A stretch of DNA of 63,151 nucleotides, the filler included. It is 6 parts of 6 records of this genome, joined end to end, with 100 filler letters (N's around TTAATTAATTAA, not from the genome) between each part and the next. Parts side by side here need not be neighbours in the genome. Positions count along the whole stretch, not along the records: positions 27,378 to 48,710 come from SRR31156797_1293; positions 48,811 to 55,681 come from SRR31156797_1294; 4 more parts are not named here. One strand, given 5' to 3'. Within the stretch, counting starts at the first letter, position 1; every line of letters begins with the position of its first letter. This document shows positions 41,954 through 51,793 of this stretch, piece by piece. The notes under the pieces are model-generated. The model saw nothing but the letters and a program-made list of their open reading frames with translations. It was not told the origin of the DNA and made no database searches. A program made the position numbers and the translations under genes.

Positions 41954-43351
41954 ATGAATGAGATACTATTTTATTTGTTGAAATCCATTGTTTGGATATC
42001 CTCTTATGCCGTTATATACGTCATCTTTTTAAGAAATGAACGATACTTTAAACTGAATCGGTTGTTCTTGATTACAGGCATATTTTCAGCATTTCTATTT
42101 CCATTTATAACTTTTGAATATGTACTTCCGGTTCAAAAGACTATTACTGGCACTGTTAGTCAATGGTCAGGAGAAACTTTTAGCATTGCTAAAGATAGTG
42201 TTAAAGCTTCCTTATCTGGTCGGGATTATATTCTTGCGGTCTATGTGCTAGGCATACTTGTTTTTTTAGCTAGAGTAATTAAGCACATTGTAAGTATTGT
42301 TCGGCTGATTCAAAAGTCAAACGTTTATCAAAGAGATGGCTACAAATTAATTCAAACAGCTAAAATCAACTATTCGTTTTCCTTTTTCTCGTATGTATTT
42401 GTCAATCCTTCAGTCGACAAAATTGAGCAACGAGAAATTGTGCATCACGAAGTTGGACACATTAGTCAAAAGCACTGGTTTGATTTATTATTGATTGAGG
42501 TTTTAATAATTATTCAATGGTTTAATCCCATAGTTTGGTTTTACAGCAAACTTATTCGGCAAAATCAGGAATATTTAGCAGATCAATGTGCCTTAAGCTA
42601 CACGGAAAATAAGGCTGTATATAAGGCTACATTACTTAATCAACTATTAGATGGGCCAGTGATTTCATTAACTAATTATTTTAATTATTCATTGAACCAA
42701 AAAAGATTTAAAATGATGACTCATAAAAAAATATCATCCTTACGAAAACTTAGATTGCTGGCTATTCTACCTGTTTTGGCAGGTGTATTTTATTCCTTTT
42801 CGGAGCCGAGACATGAAGATCTTAATAGTACTGTATATACTTCTGCAATACAAGGTGAAGATCAGAAAGACACAACCGAAGCAGATAAAAAGTCTATGTT
42901 TAAAGTGAATTCCATAAGTTGGAAAAATAATACGGTATACTCTTCTGAGAGATTAACCAAAGAGCTTGGGATAAAAGTGGGAGACATGGTTAGTGAAGCG
43001 CAATTGGATTCTATAATTTTTGAACGTATTGAAGGCCTATACATGGATCATGGGTATGTATTTTTCAACGTTAACATGGATGAATGGAAATCTGATCCCA
43101 CAAATTTAAAATTCGCACTTTATGAAGAAGATGCATGTAAAGTTAGGAATGTTGTTGTAGAGGGTAAACTAACTAAAAAGAAAAAAGAAATAGAAAATGT
43201 GATAACATTAAAAAAAGGTGAACTATTTAGTAAAAGTGAACTTGTTAATTCTATAAGGGCTTTATCTGAATATCTTGAGCAAGAACAAATTTTAGTGGAT
43301 GTTGTGCCTAAACCAGATGATCTGGTGGTTGATATTGTTTTTACTTTATAA
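41954..43351 (+). CDS. BlaR1-type M56 metallopeptidase sensor with C-terminal POTRA-like domains
   Basis: HEVGH, QWFNP, EYLAD, KRFKMM; C-terminus NTVYSSERL..LGIKVGD...LYMDHGY and VRNVVVEG...LKKGELFS...LVNSIRAL resembles BamA POTRA repeats. Confidence 0.85.
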   Translation: MNEILFYLLKSIVWISSYAVIYVIFLRNERYFKLNRLFLITGIFSAFLFPFITFEYVLPVQKTITGTVSQWSGETFSIAKDSVKASLSGRDYILAVYVLGILVFLARVIKHIVSIVRLIQKSNVYQRDGYKLIQTAKINYSFSFFSYVFVNPSVDKIEQREIVHHEVGHISQKHWFDLLLIEVLIIIQWFNPIVWFYSKLIRQNQEYLADQCALSYTENKAVYKATLLNQLLDGPVISLTNYFNYSLNQKRFKMMTHKKISSLRKLRLLAILPVLAGVFYSFSEPRHEDLNSTVYTSAIQGEDQKDTTEADKKSMFKVNSISWKNNTVYSSERLTKELGIKVGDMVSEAQLDSIIFERIEGLYMDHGYVFFNVNMDEWKSDPTNLKFALYEEDACKVRNVVVEGKLTKKKKEIENVITLKKGELFSKSELVNSIRALSEYLEQEQILVDVVPKPDDLVVDIVFTL

Positions 43352-43483
43352 TTGGATTCACATGGTAGCGCTTTTATGATATAAATGTATTTCAAAAGGC
43401 GCTACTTGTTAAATGTTTTATCTCAATACGATTAATGTTTATCTCAGGTTAAAAATGATGACGGAATAAATTAAAAGATAAAA

Positions 43484-44050
43484 CTAAAAGCAAGTATGTT
43501 CCAGCAATATTTTAAAACCTAAGCCAATTAGTACCAGGCCTCCAAATATTTCGATTCCTTTATTGATTTTGTTCCCTATTTTTTCGCCAATATATACGCC
43601 AACACTGGAAAATACAAAAGTGGTTATGGCAATAATAAGCATAGCCAGTTGAATGTTTACTTCTATTATACCAAAACTAATTCCCAGTATTAAGGCATCA
43701 ATACTGGTGGCAATGGCCATTCCGATAAGAACAATTGATTTTGTAGGATCTGTTTTAGAACTCTCGCCATCTTCTCCGGCTTTAATACCATCATACATAA
43801 GCTTAGCTCCAATGCCTAAAAGAATGACAAAGGCCACCCAATGATCATAGTCGGCAATTAACTTTTTAAAACTACTCCCGATTAGCCAGCCTATAAGAGG
43901 CATGAATCCTTGAAAAACAGCCATAAATATGGCCACTTTTAAAATATGCTTTAAGCGCAGATATCTGCAACATGCACCTGTGGTAATACTGGCTGCCAGA
44001 CTATCTATTGACAAGCCAATGGCCATAATAATAAGAGAGAAAAGACTCAT
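43484..44050 (-). CDS. mntP: Manganese efflux pump
   Basis: AIGLSIDS, FQGFMPLIGW, DHW, ATSIDAL. Confidence 0.92.
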   Translation of the reverse strand: MSLFSLIIMAIGLSIDSLAASITTGACCRYLRLKHILKVAIFMAVFQGFMPLIGWLIGSSFKKLIADYDHWVAFVILLGIGAKLMYDGIKAGEDGESSKTDPTKSIVLIGMAIATSIDALILGISFGIIEVNIQLAMLIIAITTFVFSSVGVYIGEKIGNKINKGIEIFGGLVLIGLGFKILLEHTCF

Positions 44051-44429
44051 GAAAATCCCTATTTTTAAAATCGGCCAGCAAAAATAAAGGTAAATTCGGA
44101 TAGACCAATTTTAAATAAAGCATACCTATTTACTAAGGACTTTCAGATCTGTCCCTTACCTTATCTATCATCTTGAAACAAGAATAAAATACAAGTAGAT
44201 TCGACCTTCGAATGGCACTAAAAGTATCAAAGTGATAAGTAAAAAAACTGTTAGATTGAATTATAACATTTTACATTCTGCATTTTCGTCATGAGCTGCT
44301 CGATTTGATGAGCTAACACGCAAAGTATAATTGTTTTTGTAGAATAATTAATAGTTATATACAAACCATTGTTAATTTATTCATTCAACTATCAATTAAT
44401 TTTGCACCCACAACAAACATTAATGAAAT

Positions 44430-46406
44430 ATGCGAAAATTGAAAACACTCTTCACGTCTTTCAACAAAAACACATTATTGGCTCTTCCCATAGGTTTAAG
44501 GCTTAAATTATCTATATCTATCAGTGTTAGTGTAATCATTATCTTACTAGGACTAACCTTATATATTTACCAGAAGTCTATCATCTTCAATGATGCAAAA
44601 GACCATTGTTATTTATCTATCGATGATTTAATTCGTTTTACTCAAAATGAAATTGAGGCATCTGCATATCACGTTGAGAAATATGGAGAATCTGTAGCTC
44701 AGTTTTTAACTGCCTATGAGAATATTCGAGTTGATGAAAATAAATATTTTTTCTACAAAGCTAATATTCCAGGTACACCAAGAGATACAGTTTTAAAAAC
44801 TCCTGCTTTGTATTCAGGTAAAAATGCTTTACAAACTGATACGACACTTGTAGGCAAATTACATAAAATGGGGGTGTCATTTTTTATATATTTTCAGAAA
44901 GTAGATAATTACTTCGTAGAAATAGTGCATAGTGAGTATCCTGACAAAATGAAAAAGTTCGAATCATGGCTCAGCCCACTAAATGCTGGGGACTGGAAAT
45001 TTGATTCTCCCCATGAGTTTAAAAAAAGTTTCTGGAATGGAAATAAGTGGCTTCAGGCTTACAGACTCTATGTGATGGAAAATGGAGAAATAAAAGCTAG
45101 TTACGATAATTCAAAAGAAAAAATTATTGGGGCCATGGTCGTTGGAATTAATGAACGTAACGAAGCCAAATTAGAAAAGACTTTTACGGATAAAGTTTTT
45201 TATAAAACAGGACTGTGTTATCAAATCAATGACAACGGTATCGTTACGTATCACAAGATTATTAAGAACACTCAAAATATATCCGACTTAGAATATTGTA
45301 AACAAATTATCGCAGAAAAACATTCTGAACCTACCTACATCTCGGTTAAAGATACTTCTGGGGTGCGTAAATTCTACTTTTACAAGTACTTTTCTAAAAC
45401 CTATAATAATGTTGTAATTGAAATACCTGAAAAAGAAATATTCGCTTCACTATATGCCTTGCGAAACGGCATTATTATAGCTGTTATCGTAATCATACTA
45501 AGTATTATTCTAATTGTTTCCGGTGTAGCTAAATCAATTACCTCACGACTCACTAATGCCATTGACTTAGCGAAAAAAATATCGAACGGTGTGTTAACTG
45601 ATTCAATATTTATCGATAGTAAAGATGAACTGGCAGAATTGGGAGGTGCGTTAAATCAGATGAATGGCATCTTAAATAAAACCGTTGGTAATATTAATGA
45701 CACAGTTAAAACAATAGATTCAGCAAGCAGTATTTTAAAAGATACATCTGCAGTTATTTCAAACGGTGCCAATACACAAGCCTCCTCTCTGGAAGAAGTT
45801 TCTGCATCTATGGAAGAAATGACCGGCACCATTGATCATACAACGCATAGCGCAAAAGATGCCGAAAAAATTTCTAATGAATCGGCTATTAATATTGATG
45901 AGAGTAGTAAAGTACTGCAGGAAAGCGTTAATTACCTAAGCGACATTAAGAATAAGGTTTCGGATATTAGAGATATTGCAAGGCAAACTAATATTCTGGC
46001 TTTAAATGCCACTGTGGTAGCAGCCAATGCAGGAGAGTATGGTAGAGGATTTACTGTAGTTGCCAGAGAGGTGCAAAAATTGGCCGAACGCACAAACGAC
46101 GCTGCAATGGATATAACATCAGTCTCTCAAAAAGGAATTGAAATTGCTCAAATGGCTGCAGAGCAATTATCGGATCGCGTTCCATTAGTTCAAAAAACTG
46201 CTATGCAAATTAAGGAAATTGCTGAAGCTAACAATGAACAGAAAATCGGAATCGATCAAATAAACTTTGCTGTTCAGGGTCTTAATTCTATTACGCAGCA
46301 AAATGCAGAACAGGCTACAAAAATCAGTCAAAGCATTGAGCTTTTTACCGAGAATACCCAGAATTTATCTAATATGGTACAATTCTTTAAAATTAAGGAA
46401 TCTTAA
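44430..46406 (+). CDS. Methyl-accepting chemotaxis protein (TM-sensor-TM-HAMP-MA)
   Basis: HAMP DELAELGGALNQM, QASSLEEVSASMEEM, IARQTNILALNA...AGEYGRGF. Confidence 0.9.
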   Translation: MRKLKTLFTSFNKNTLLALPIGLRLKLSISISVSVIIILLGLTLYIYQKSIIFNDAKDHCYLSIDDLIRFTQNEIEASAYHVEKYGESVAQFLTAYENIRVDENKYFFYKANIPGTPRDTVLKTPALYSGKNALQTDTTLVGKLHKMGVSFFIYFQKVDNYFVEIVHSEYPDKMKKFESWLSPLNAGDWKFDSPHEFKKSFWNGNKWLQAYRLYVMENGEIKASYDNSKEKIIGAMVVGINERNEAKLEKTFTDKVFYKTGLCYQINDNGIVTYHKIIKNTQNISDLEYCKQIIAEKHSEPTYISVKDTSGVRKFYFYKYFSKTYNNVVIEIPEKEIFASLYALRNGIIIAVIVIILSIILIVSGVAKSITSRLTNAIDLAKKISNGVLTDSIFIDSKDELAELGGALNQMNGILNKTVGNINDTVKTIDSASSILKDTSAVISNGANTQASSLEEVSASMEEMTGTIDHTTHSAKDAEKISNESAINIDESSKVLQESVNYLSDIKNKVSDIRDIARQTNILALNATVVAANAGEYGRGFTVVAREVQKLAERTNDAAMDITSVSQKGIEIAQMAAEQLSDRVPLVQKTAMQIKEIAEANNEQKIGIDQINFAVQGLNSITQQNAEQATKISQSIELFTENTQNLSNMVQFFKIKES

Positions 46407-46446
46407 AAAGAATTATCCAAAGCTGCTATAGTTTTATACTAATGCA

Positions 46447-46489
46447 TTTCTGCAAGGAGTTTGTGTTTATAATTAACTCCTTGCAGAAA
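46447..46489. terminator. Hairpin between convergent genes
   Basis: TTTCTGCAAGGAGTT...AACTCCTTGCAGAAA. Confidence 0.65.
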
Positions 46490-46559
46490 CGTCAGGATTA
46501 CTTTCTCATATTATTGATTCATAAGAGCGTTTTTAATACTCGCTTATGTGCTGATTGGT

Positions 46560-47408
46560 TTAAAAAATATTCTCCTGTTTCGATTTTACATACTCAATCA
46601 TCTTAAACAGGATAATTATCTCCAGCATTTCTGCAGGTATCAATACAATAAAACCTACAAAAGAAAAGATAAGTGTAATAAAGCATGCTCCGGCAATAAT
46701 TTCAAATATACCTGCATATTTAGCCGTGCGTCCTATTTTTCTCCTGAGTTGCACTAAGCTAAAGCCATAAATAAGACCAATAGTACCAAATGTTAGGCCC
46801 ATAGCTCCCATGATAAATTCCTGTTCGGCAATATGATAATATACCATGGCAATATGATAACCTACATACAAAACATTGAGTACGATGATGATGATGGAGC
46901 TTGTTTTGAGCAAAAGATGCTTATATATATTTCCGGTGATGATGAAGCCTCGCATAAAAAAGGTAAACGAAACCAGCGAAATTATTTTAATGAGTACATA
47001 CAGGATTCTTGGATAAATAAGTTCCTGATCTTCGTACAAAAAATAATCTGCAGCTCCCTCAAAAAAGCCAACAATAAAATATATGATTCCCATTGTGGCA
47101 GCTAAACTAAAATGTTTAGTTAGCTCTGCTGGTTGGTTTTTTAAGTTAAAATCCAGTGCGAATATTTTATTTATAAAGCGATTGGTTGTTGTGTTGTTTT
47201 CATCGCCATCGCTTTGTTGCTCATCATAACCTAAGGCTGCCAATATGATTTTTATCGTATAGTTGCGCGGTGTTACTTCTCCCGACTCAATACGCTGAAT
47301 AGTTCTCACGCTAACGTGACATAAATCTACCAATTCTTCCTGGGTTAGCCCTTTTTCTTTTCTAAGTGCTAAAATCCTTTTTCCTAATTCGGGTTGATTA
47401 ATTTTCAT
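46560..47408 (-). CDS. XRE-family HTH regulator fused to a multi-TM domain
   Basis: LRKEKGLTQEEL...VSVRTIQRIESG; several C-terminal TM helices. Confidence 0.88.
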   Translation of the reverse strand: MKINQPELGKRILALRKEKGLTQEELVDLCHVSVRTIQRIESGEVTPRNYTIKIILAALGYDEQQSDGDENNTTTNRFINKIFALDFNLKNQPAELTKHFSLAATMGIIYFIVGFFEGAADYFLYEDQELIYPRILYVLIKIISLVSFTFFMRGFIITGNIYKHLLLKTSSIIIIVLNVLYVGYHIAMVYYHIAEQEFIMGAMGLTFGTIGLIYGFSLVQLRRKIGRTAKYAGIFEIIAGACFITLIFSFVGFIVLIPAEMLEIIILFKMIEYVKSKQENIF

Positions 47409-47414
47409 GATTTG

Positions 47415-47660
47415 TTAGTTCGATTTTGTAGTGGAACAAATATAATGATATGGATAAGAAGCAGCCATCTCCACTTCTTTTTTTAGATCTTCCGGAAGTT
47501 TATCTAAAATCGGATAAATACAAACTTCCTTTTTTACTGGAATTGCCATCGTATATGGAGGCACGATAATAAGCGCTGCCAAAACAATAAGATGCTTTTT
47601 AAAATGATTTGTATAATGTTTAATCGAATAAAAAGCGTTCGTATACATTGATGTTTTCAT
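47415..47660 (-). CDS. Hypothetical small protein
   Basis: 81-aa ORF ending 6 nt before the HTH gene on the same strand; one hydrophobic stretch. Confidence 0.45.
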   Translation of the reverse strand: MKTSMYTNAFYSIKHYTNHFKKHLIVLAALIIVPPYTMAIPVKKEVCIYPILDKLPEDLKKEVEMAASYPYHYICSTTKSN

Positions 47661-47871
47661 AACTGTGATGTTTTATTTTCAACAATGCTATTTCAATTCC
47701 CGATTCTTTCAAAATATGTAGCCCGAACTTAACCCGTCATTAACCTGACACTTTTGTAAGGTGCAGTATATCTGTATATAGTGGACTTGTGGGGAGAATT
47801 GTATTTTTTATGATGATGAGGTATTCAATCTATATAAGGAATCAATTTCCTACTGTCTCAAAATGGATATT

Positions 47872-47939
47872 AACCCAAAAATCATATAAATCTAATCCAT
47901 GATTTTGTAAAACAATATCACATGAAAATCGTTTCTTTG
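47872..47939 (+). promoter_or_regulatory. Putative AraC-activated promoter, copy B
   Basis: Same motif and spacing as 39671-39738. Confidence 0.6.
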
Positions 47940-47947
47940 TTAAGAAC

Positions 47948-48334
47948 ATGACGATAATGCTTAGTAAAATATCACATATCATATTGGCTTTGTTCCTGTT
48001 TATATCTTCTACAGGAGTTACGCTTTCTATGCATTATTGTGGAGGGGAATTAGTCTCTGCTTCAATTAATAAAGAAGCAAAGTCTTGTTGCGATGGAATG
48101 GGCGGTTGCTGTGAGAATAAAACAGTTCATTTTGAAGTGAAAGATGATTTTGTGAGCCCAGTTCAGGTGACGAATGTGCAAATCGTAGAACTTGACGTTT
48201 TATTTCCAATTCTCTATGTATTAAATTTTGAATTGTCTGTTGAGGAAGAAATCGAACCACTTGCTTTTTATGATTCATCGCCACCCCCGAAAATTCAGAC
48301 CCGCCTTGCTTTATTGCAGGCATACCTTTGTTGA
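47948..48334 (+). CDS. HYC_CC_PP family protein
   Basis: MHYCGG, SCC...GCC, SPPP; upstream of a CusA-type gene. Confidence 0.85.
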   Translation: MTIMLSKISHIILALFLFISSTGVTLSMHYCGGELVSASINKEAKSCCDGMGGCCENKTVHFEVKDDFVSPVQVTNVQIVELDVLFPILYVLNFELSVEEEIEPLAFYDSSPPPKIQTRLALLQAYLC

Positions 48335-48368
48335 TTGATTACTTTTTTACTGTAACTTAATATAATTT

Positions 48369-48466
48369 GTTGCGAGTTTCAAGTTACGGGTTGCGAGTTG
48401 AATGCATTTGATAACTCGTCAACCTCAAACAGGTAACTTGTTACCTCGTAACCCGCAACTCGTAAA
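48369..48466. repeat. Inverted arrays of degenerate heptamers (GTTRCGR / YCGYAAC)
   Basis: gttgcga gtttcaa gttacgg gttgcga ... tcgtaac ccgcaac tcgtaa. Confidence 0.7.
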
Positions 48467-48476
48467 AAAAGTAATC

Positions 48477-48710
48477 ATGCTAAATAAAATCATTAAGTTC
48501 TTTTTAGAGAACAAACTGGTAACATTCCTGCTTCTTGTCATATTTGTTGCATGGGGTGTTGTTTCGTCACCATTCAATTGGAAAACAGGTTTTCTTCCAA
48601 CTGATCCGGTTCCTGTAGATGCCATTCCTGATATCGGTGAAAACCAACAAATCGTTTATACAGAATGGGCAGGGCAGTCACCACAAGATATTGAAGACCA
48701 GATTTCCTAT
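48477..48710 (+). CDS. cusA: CusA/CzcA heavy-metal RND efflux permease, N-terminal fragment
   Basis: MLNKIIKFFLENK, PVDAIPDIGENQQIVYTEWAGQSPQDIEDQISY. Confidence 0.9.
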
Positions 48711-48810
48711 NNNNNNNNNNNNNNNNNNNNNNNNNNNNNNNNNNNNNNNNNNNNTTAATTAATTAANNNNNNNNNNNNNNNNNNNNNNNNNNNNNNNNNN
48801 NNNNNNNNNN
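48711..48810. other. Artificial contig spacer
   Basis: N44-TTAATTAATTAA-N44. Confidence 0.99.
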
Positions 48811-49272
48811 TGCAAATATGACATCACCAACACTATTTTTGACCTCAAACAATGGATCTTCCGGTCCAATTGTAGCATCACCCTGCACAGTAAGTCTGGC
48901 CAACGGAGAGGCTGTTCCCACACCATACCGCTTACCATTTCCTGTAATGAATATAGTATCATTATTTTCTGACCACAACGAGGGCGCATCAATTGGATTC
49001 CATGAACTATTAGCATAGTAATAATAACTATTCAAATCCGTATCGAAAACCAATAAACCATCAGCAGGTGTAGAAATAGCTGTACGTTGAGCAGAGCTTA
49101 AGCGCGGAACTAATAGTCCTTTTGATAATGAATACACATCCAGCATAGCACTGCTATGAGGCGTATAACTCTCACTATCTGTAATGGCTGTATTTTGAGC
49201 TTTAGTTTGCAAAGCTATAAGCATTAAAAACATCACTAATGACTTAAATATGAAACTACTGGGATTTTTCAT
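48811..49272 (-). CDS. Secreted fibre-like paralogue 4 (3' truncated)
   Basis: Signal peptide ending A|Q; shared N-domain SAMLDVYSLSKGLLVPRL...PADGLLVFDTD. Confidence 0.85.
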
Positions 49273-49311
49273 ATGTCTAATTTTTTTTAGATCAAAGTCA
49301 TAATAAATGAC

Positions 49312-51756
49312 TTATTGATTCTGGTTACTCAATTCTTCTTTTTCGTCATAATCCACACTAAACTTTCTTGATTTATTATATAAATCAGGATTTATATATT
49401 TTCCTTTCTCTTCATTAGATTTTACTTGTTCAACCTCAATATTGTTTTTGTTGGCAAATGGATCTTTTCTAATACCTGTTACCTGCCATGAAATTTTCAT
49501 TCCCGGCTCGCCACCAGCTATAACAAACGTATTATTCTCAATTTCCTTTTCGATAAAAATTGAAGGCGCAGGCATGCCAATTGCGGTTAATTGATAGCGA
49601 AAATCTTTATTCAATGCACTAAAATATGCTGGCAACTCTACACTTGCTTTACCTGAAGCATCAAGTATTACGGTTCCATCATATATATTTTTCATATCCG
49701 GGCTACCTACATTGGCATGTATCAAATACTTATTTTCCGGATCTTCCGGATGGTCAATTTTTGTAACAGAACTCGATTTTACAACTGTACCAGTCACGTT
49801 GATATCTCCATTAAAATATCCAGCATATGCTGTTGTTCCTCCCGAGGCGGAGCCATATATACCATACCTAATACCAGTACCAGTGCCTGATGCTACTCCA
49901 TAGACTCCTGCAACATTCCCACTTGCAGAATAAACCTCTCCATAGACACCTCTATATCTTGATCTTCCTCTTACTCCTATACCCCAATTATCGGTTACAT
50001 CCTGCACACCATATACTGCAGGACGATCACTGCTTGCGGTTGTTTCTACTACATATAACTGATAACTAGATGAAGGGTCTGTATTAATTCCTACTCTACC
50101 ATCAAGTTTTAAAACCTTATTATCAAACTCTCCATAAATAAGGTTATTAGAAGAGCTATTACTAATGTATAGTTTATTCGAACCTGTCTCACTATAACCC
50201 GAGTAATAACCAAGAAATACATTTCCTGTGCCTGCTGTATTATTATAACCCGATCGATACCCTATCATCACAGAATTGTTATAATCGGATTGTGTAGAAT
50301 AATCATGTCCATTTGGCCCGGCAGACCGACCAATAATTACATTGCTACTTCCATCATTACTATAACCTGCGTAACCACCCAAGTAAACATTATTACTACC
50401 TGTTGTTCCATTTGAATTAGCCTCAATACCAACAAAAACATTTGTTGAACCTGATGTCATTTCACTACCTGCGAATGTCCCAACAAAGGTATTATCAGAA
50501 GCATCTAAGCTACTTCCGGCATCGCGACCAATCATAATATTTCTAACACCAGAAACATTATCACGACCTGCTACCTGGCCAATAAATACGTTAGACCAAC
50601 CATCTACTGTATTTCGACCTGCAGACTGTCCAATAAATACATTTGAAGCTGTATTGCTATTAAGACCAGCCTGATAACCTATAAACACATTATAAAATCC
50701 GTCAACATTGTTTTTACCGGCCCGGTATCCCATGGCTACATTATAATCTCCAGTAGTATTTTCCATACCTGACTCATAACCTGCGAAAAAATTTCGCTGT
50801 CCTGTAGTATTATTGGCTCCAGCATAGTGACCAATGAAATAATTCTCAGGAGTTAGATCTAAAATATTATTAGTAGCTTTAGTACCTGATAAACCTCCAA
50901 CGGCAAAACCTCCTTTAGCTCCTTTCAGACTTTGATTGATATACATACGTGCACTATCTCTTTCAATAGTCAGAAAATCCTCTGTACCTTTTGTGCCAGA
51001 AAGTCCGCCGACAGCAAAACCTCCTTTAACACCCTTGGCAGGTTGCTTTAGATAAATGCTTGCACTTTCCTCGTCTAATTTAAAATACTGGTTTCCACCC
51101 TTGGTACCGGAAAGTCCGCCAACTGCAAATCCGCCCTTTACGCCTTTTGTACCTGTATCATCGATATAAATTCTAACGCTATCAGGAGTAATTCTCAAAT
51201 ATTCAGTAGGATCTTTTGTGCCTGATAAGCCACCTACGGCAAAGCCACCTTTCACTCCTTTTGCTGATTCTTTGAAGTTTACTTTTACCTCATTTTCATA
51301 GACTGCAAAAATTACATCACCAGTGCTATTTTTCACCTCAAATAATGGTTCATCTTCGGCAATAGTTGCATCACCCTGAACAGTCAATTTGGCTAGTGGA
51401 GAAGCTGTACCTACTCCATATCTTTTCCCTACACCTGTTATAAATATAGTATCACTATTTTCTGTCCATAATGATGGTGCATCGATAGGATTCCACGACC
51501 CATTGCCATAAAAATAATATTCATCTAAATTAGTATCATACACTAACAATCCTTCGGCAGGTGCACTGATGGAATTTCTTTGAGTAGATGTTAACCTTGG
51601 AACTAAAAGTCCCTTTGATAAAGAATATACATCAAGCATTGCACTGTTATGCCCGGAGTAACTGTCATCATCTGTAACGACTGTATTTTGTCCATTTAGA
51701 TTGCTCGTTGTCAATATAAATAGTATTACAATCATTAAGTAACCTGTTTTTTTCAT
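49312..51756 (-). CDS. Secreted fibre-like paralogue 3 (814 aa)
   Basis: Signal peptide, shared N-domain, 4x KGGFAVGGLSGTK, NVFxGxxAG beta-helix repeats, GVYG repeats, KIDHPEDPENKYLIH C-domain. Confidence 0.88.
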   Translation of the reverse strand: MKKTGYLMIVILFILTTSNLNGQNTVVTDDDSYSGHNSAMLDVYSLSKGLLVPRLTSTQRNSISAPAEGLLVYDTNLDEYYFYGNGSWNPIDAPSLWTENSDTIFITGVGKRYGVGTASPLAKLTVQGDATIAEDEPLFEVKNSTGDVIFAVYENEVKVNFKESAKGVKGGFAVGGLSGTKDPTEYLRITPDSVRIYIDDTGTKGVKGGFAVGGLSGTKGGNQYFKLDEESASIYLKQPAKGVKGGFAVGGLSGTKGTEDFLTIERDSARMYINQSLKGAKGGFAVGGLSGTKATNNILDLTPENYFIGHYAGANNTTGQRNFFAGYESGMENTTGDYNVAMGYRAGKNNVDGFYNVFIGYQAGLNSNTASNVFIGQSAGRNTVDGWSNVFIGQVAGRDNVSGVRNIMIGRDAGSSLDASDNTFVGTFAGSEMTSGSTNVFVGIEANSNGTTGSNNVYLGGYAGYSNDGSSNVIIGRSAGPNGHDYSTQSDYNNSVMIGYRSGYNNTAGTGNVFLGYYSGYSETGSNKLYISNSSSNNLIYGEFDNKVLKLDGRVGINTDPSSSYQLYVVETTASSDRPAVYGVQDVTDNWGIGVRGRSRYRGVYGEVYSASGNVAGVYGVASGTGTGIRYGIYGSASGGTTAYAGYFNGDINVTGTVVKSSSVTKIDHPEDPENKYLIHANVGSPDMKNIYDGTVILDASGKASVELPAYFSALNKDFRYQLTAIGMPAPSIFIEKEIENNTFVIAGGEPGMKISWQVTGIRKDPFANKNNIEVEQVKSNEEKGKYINPDLYNKSRKFSVDYDEKEELSNQNQ

Positions 51757-51793
51757 AATCTGCAGTATTTAGTTTTAGTTATATATCTATTTT

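Noticed and set aside
48402-48476. N-terminal extension of CusA
   Set aside because: It is a translation of the heptamer repeat; the family-like start is MLNKIIKFF at 48477.
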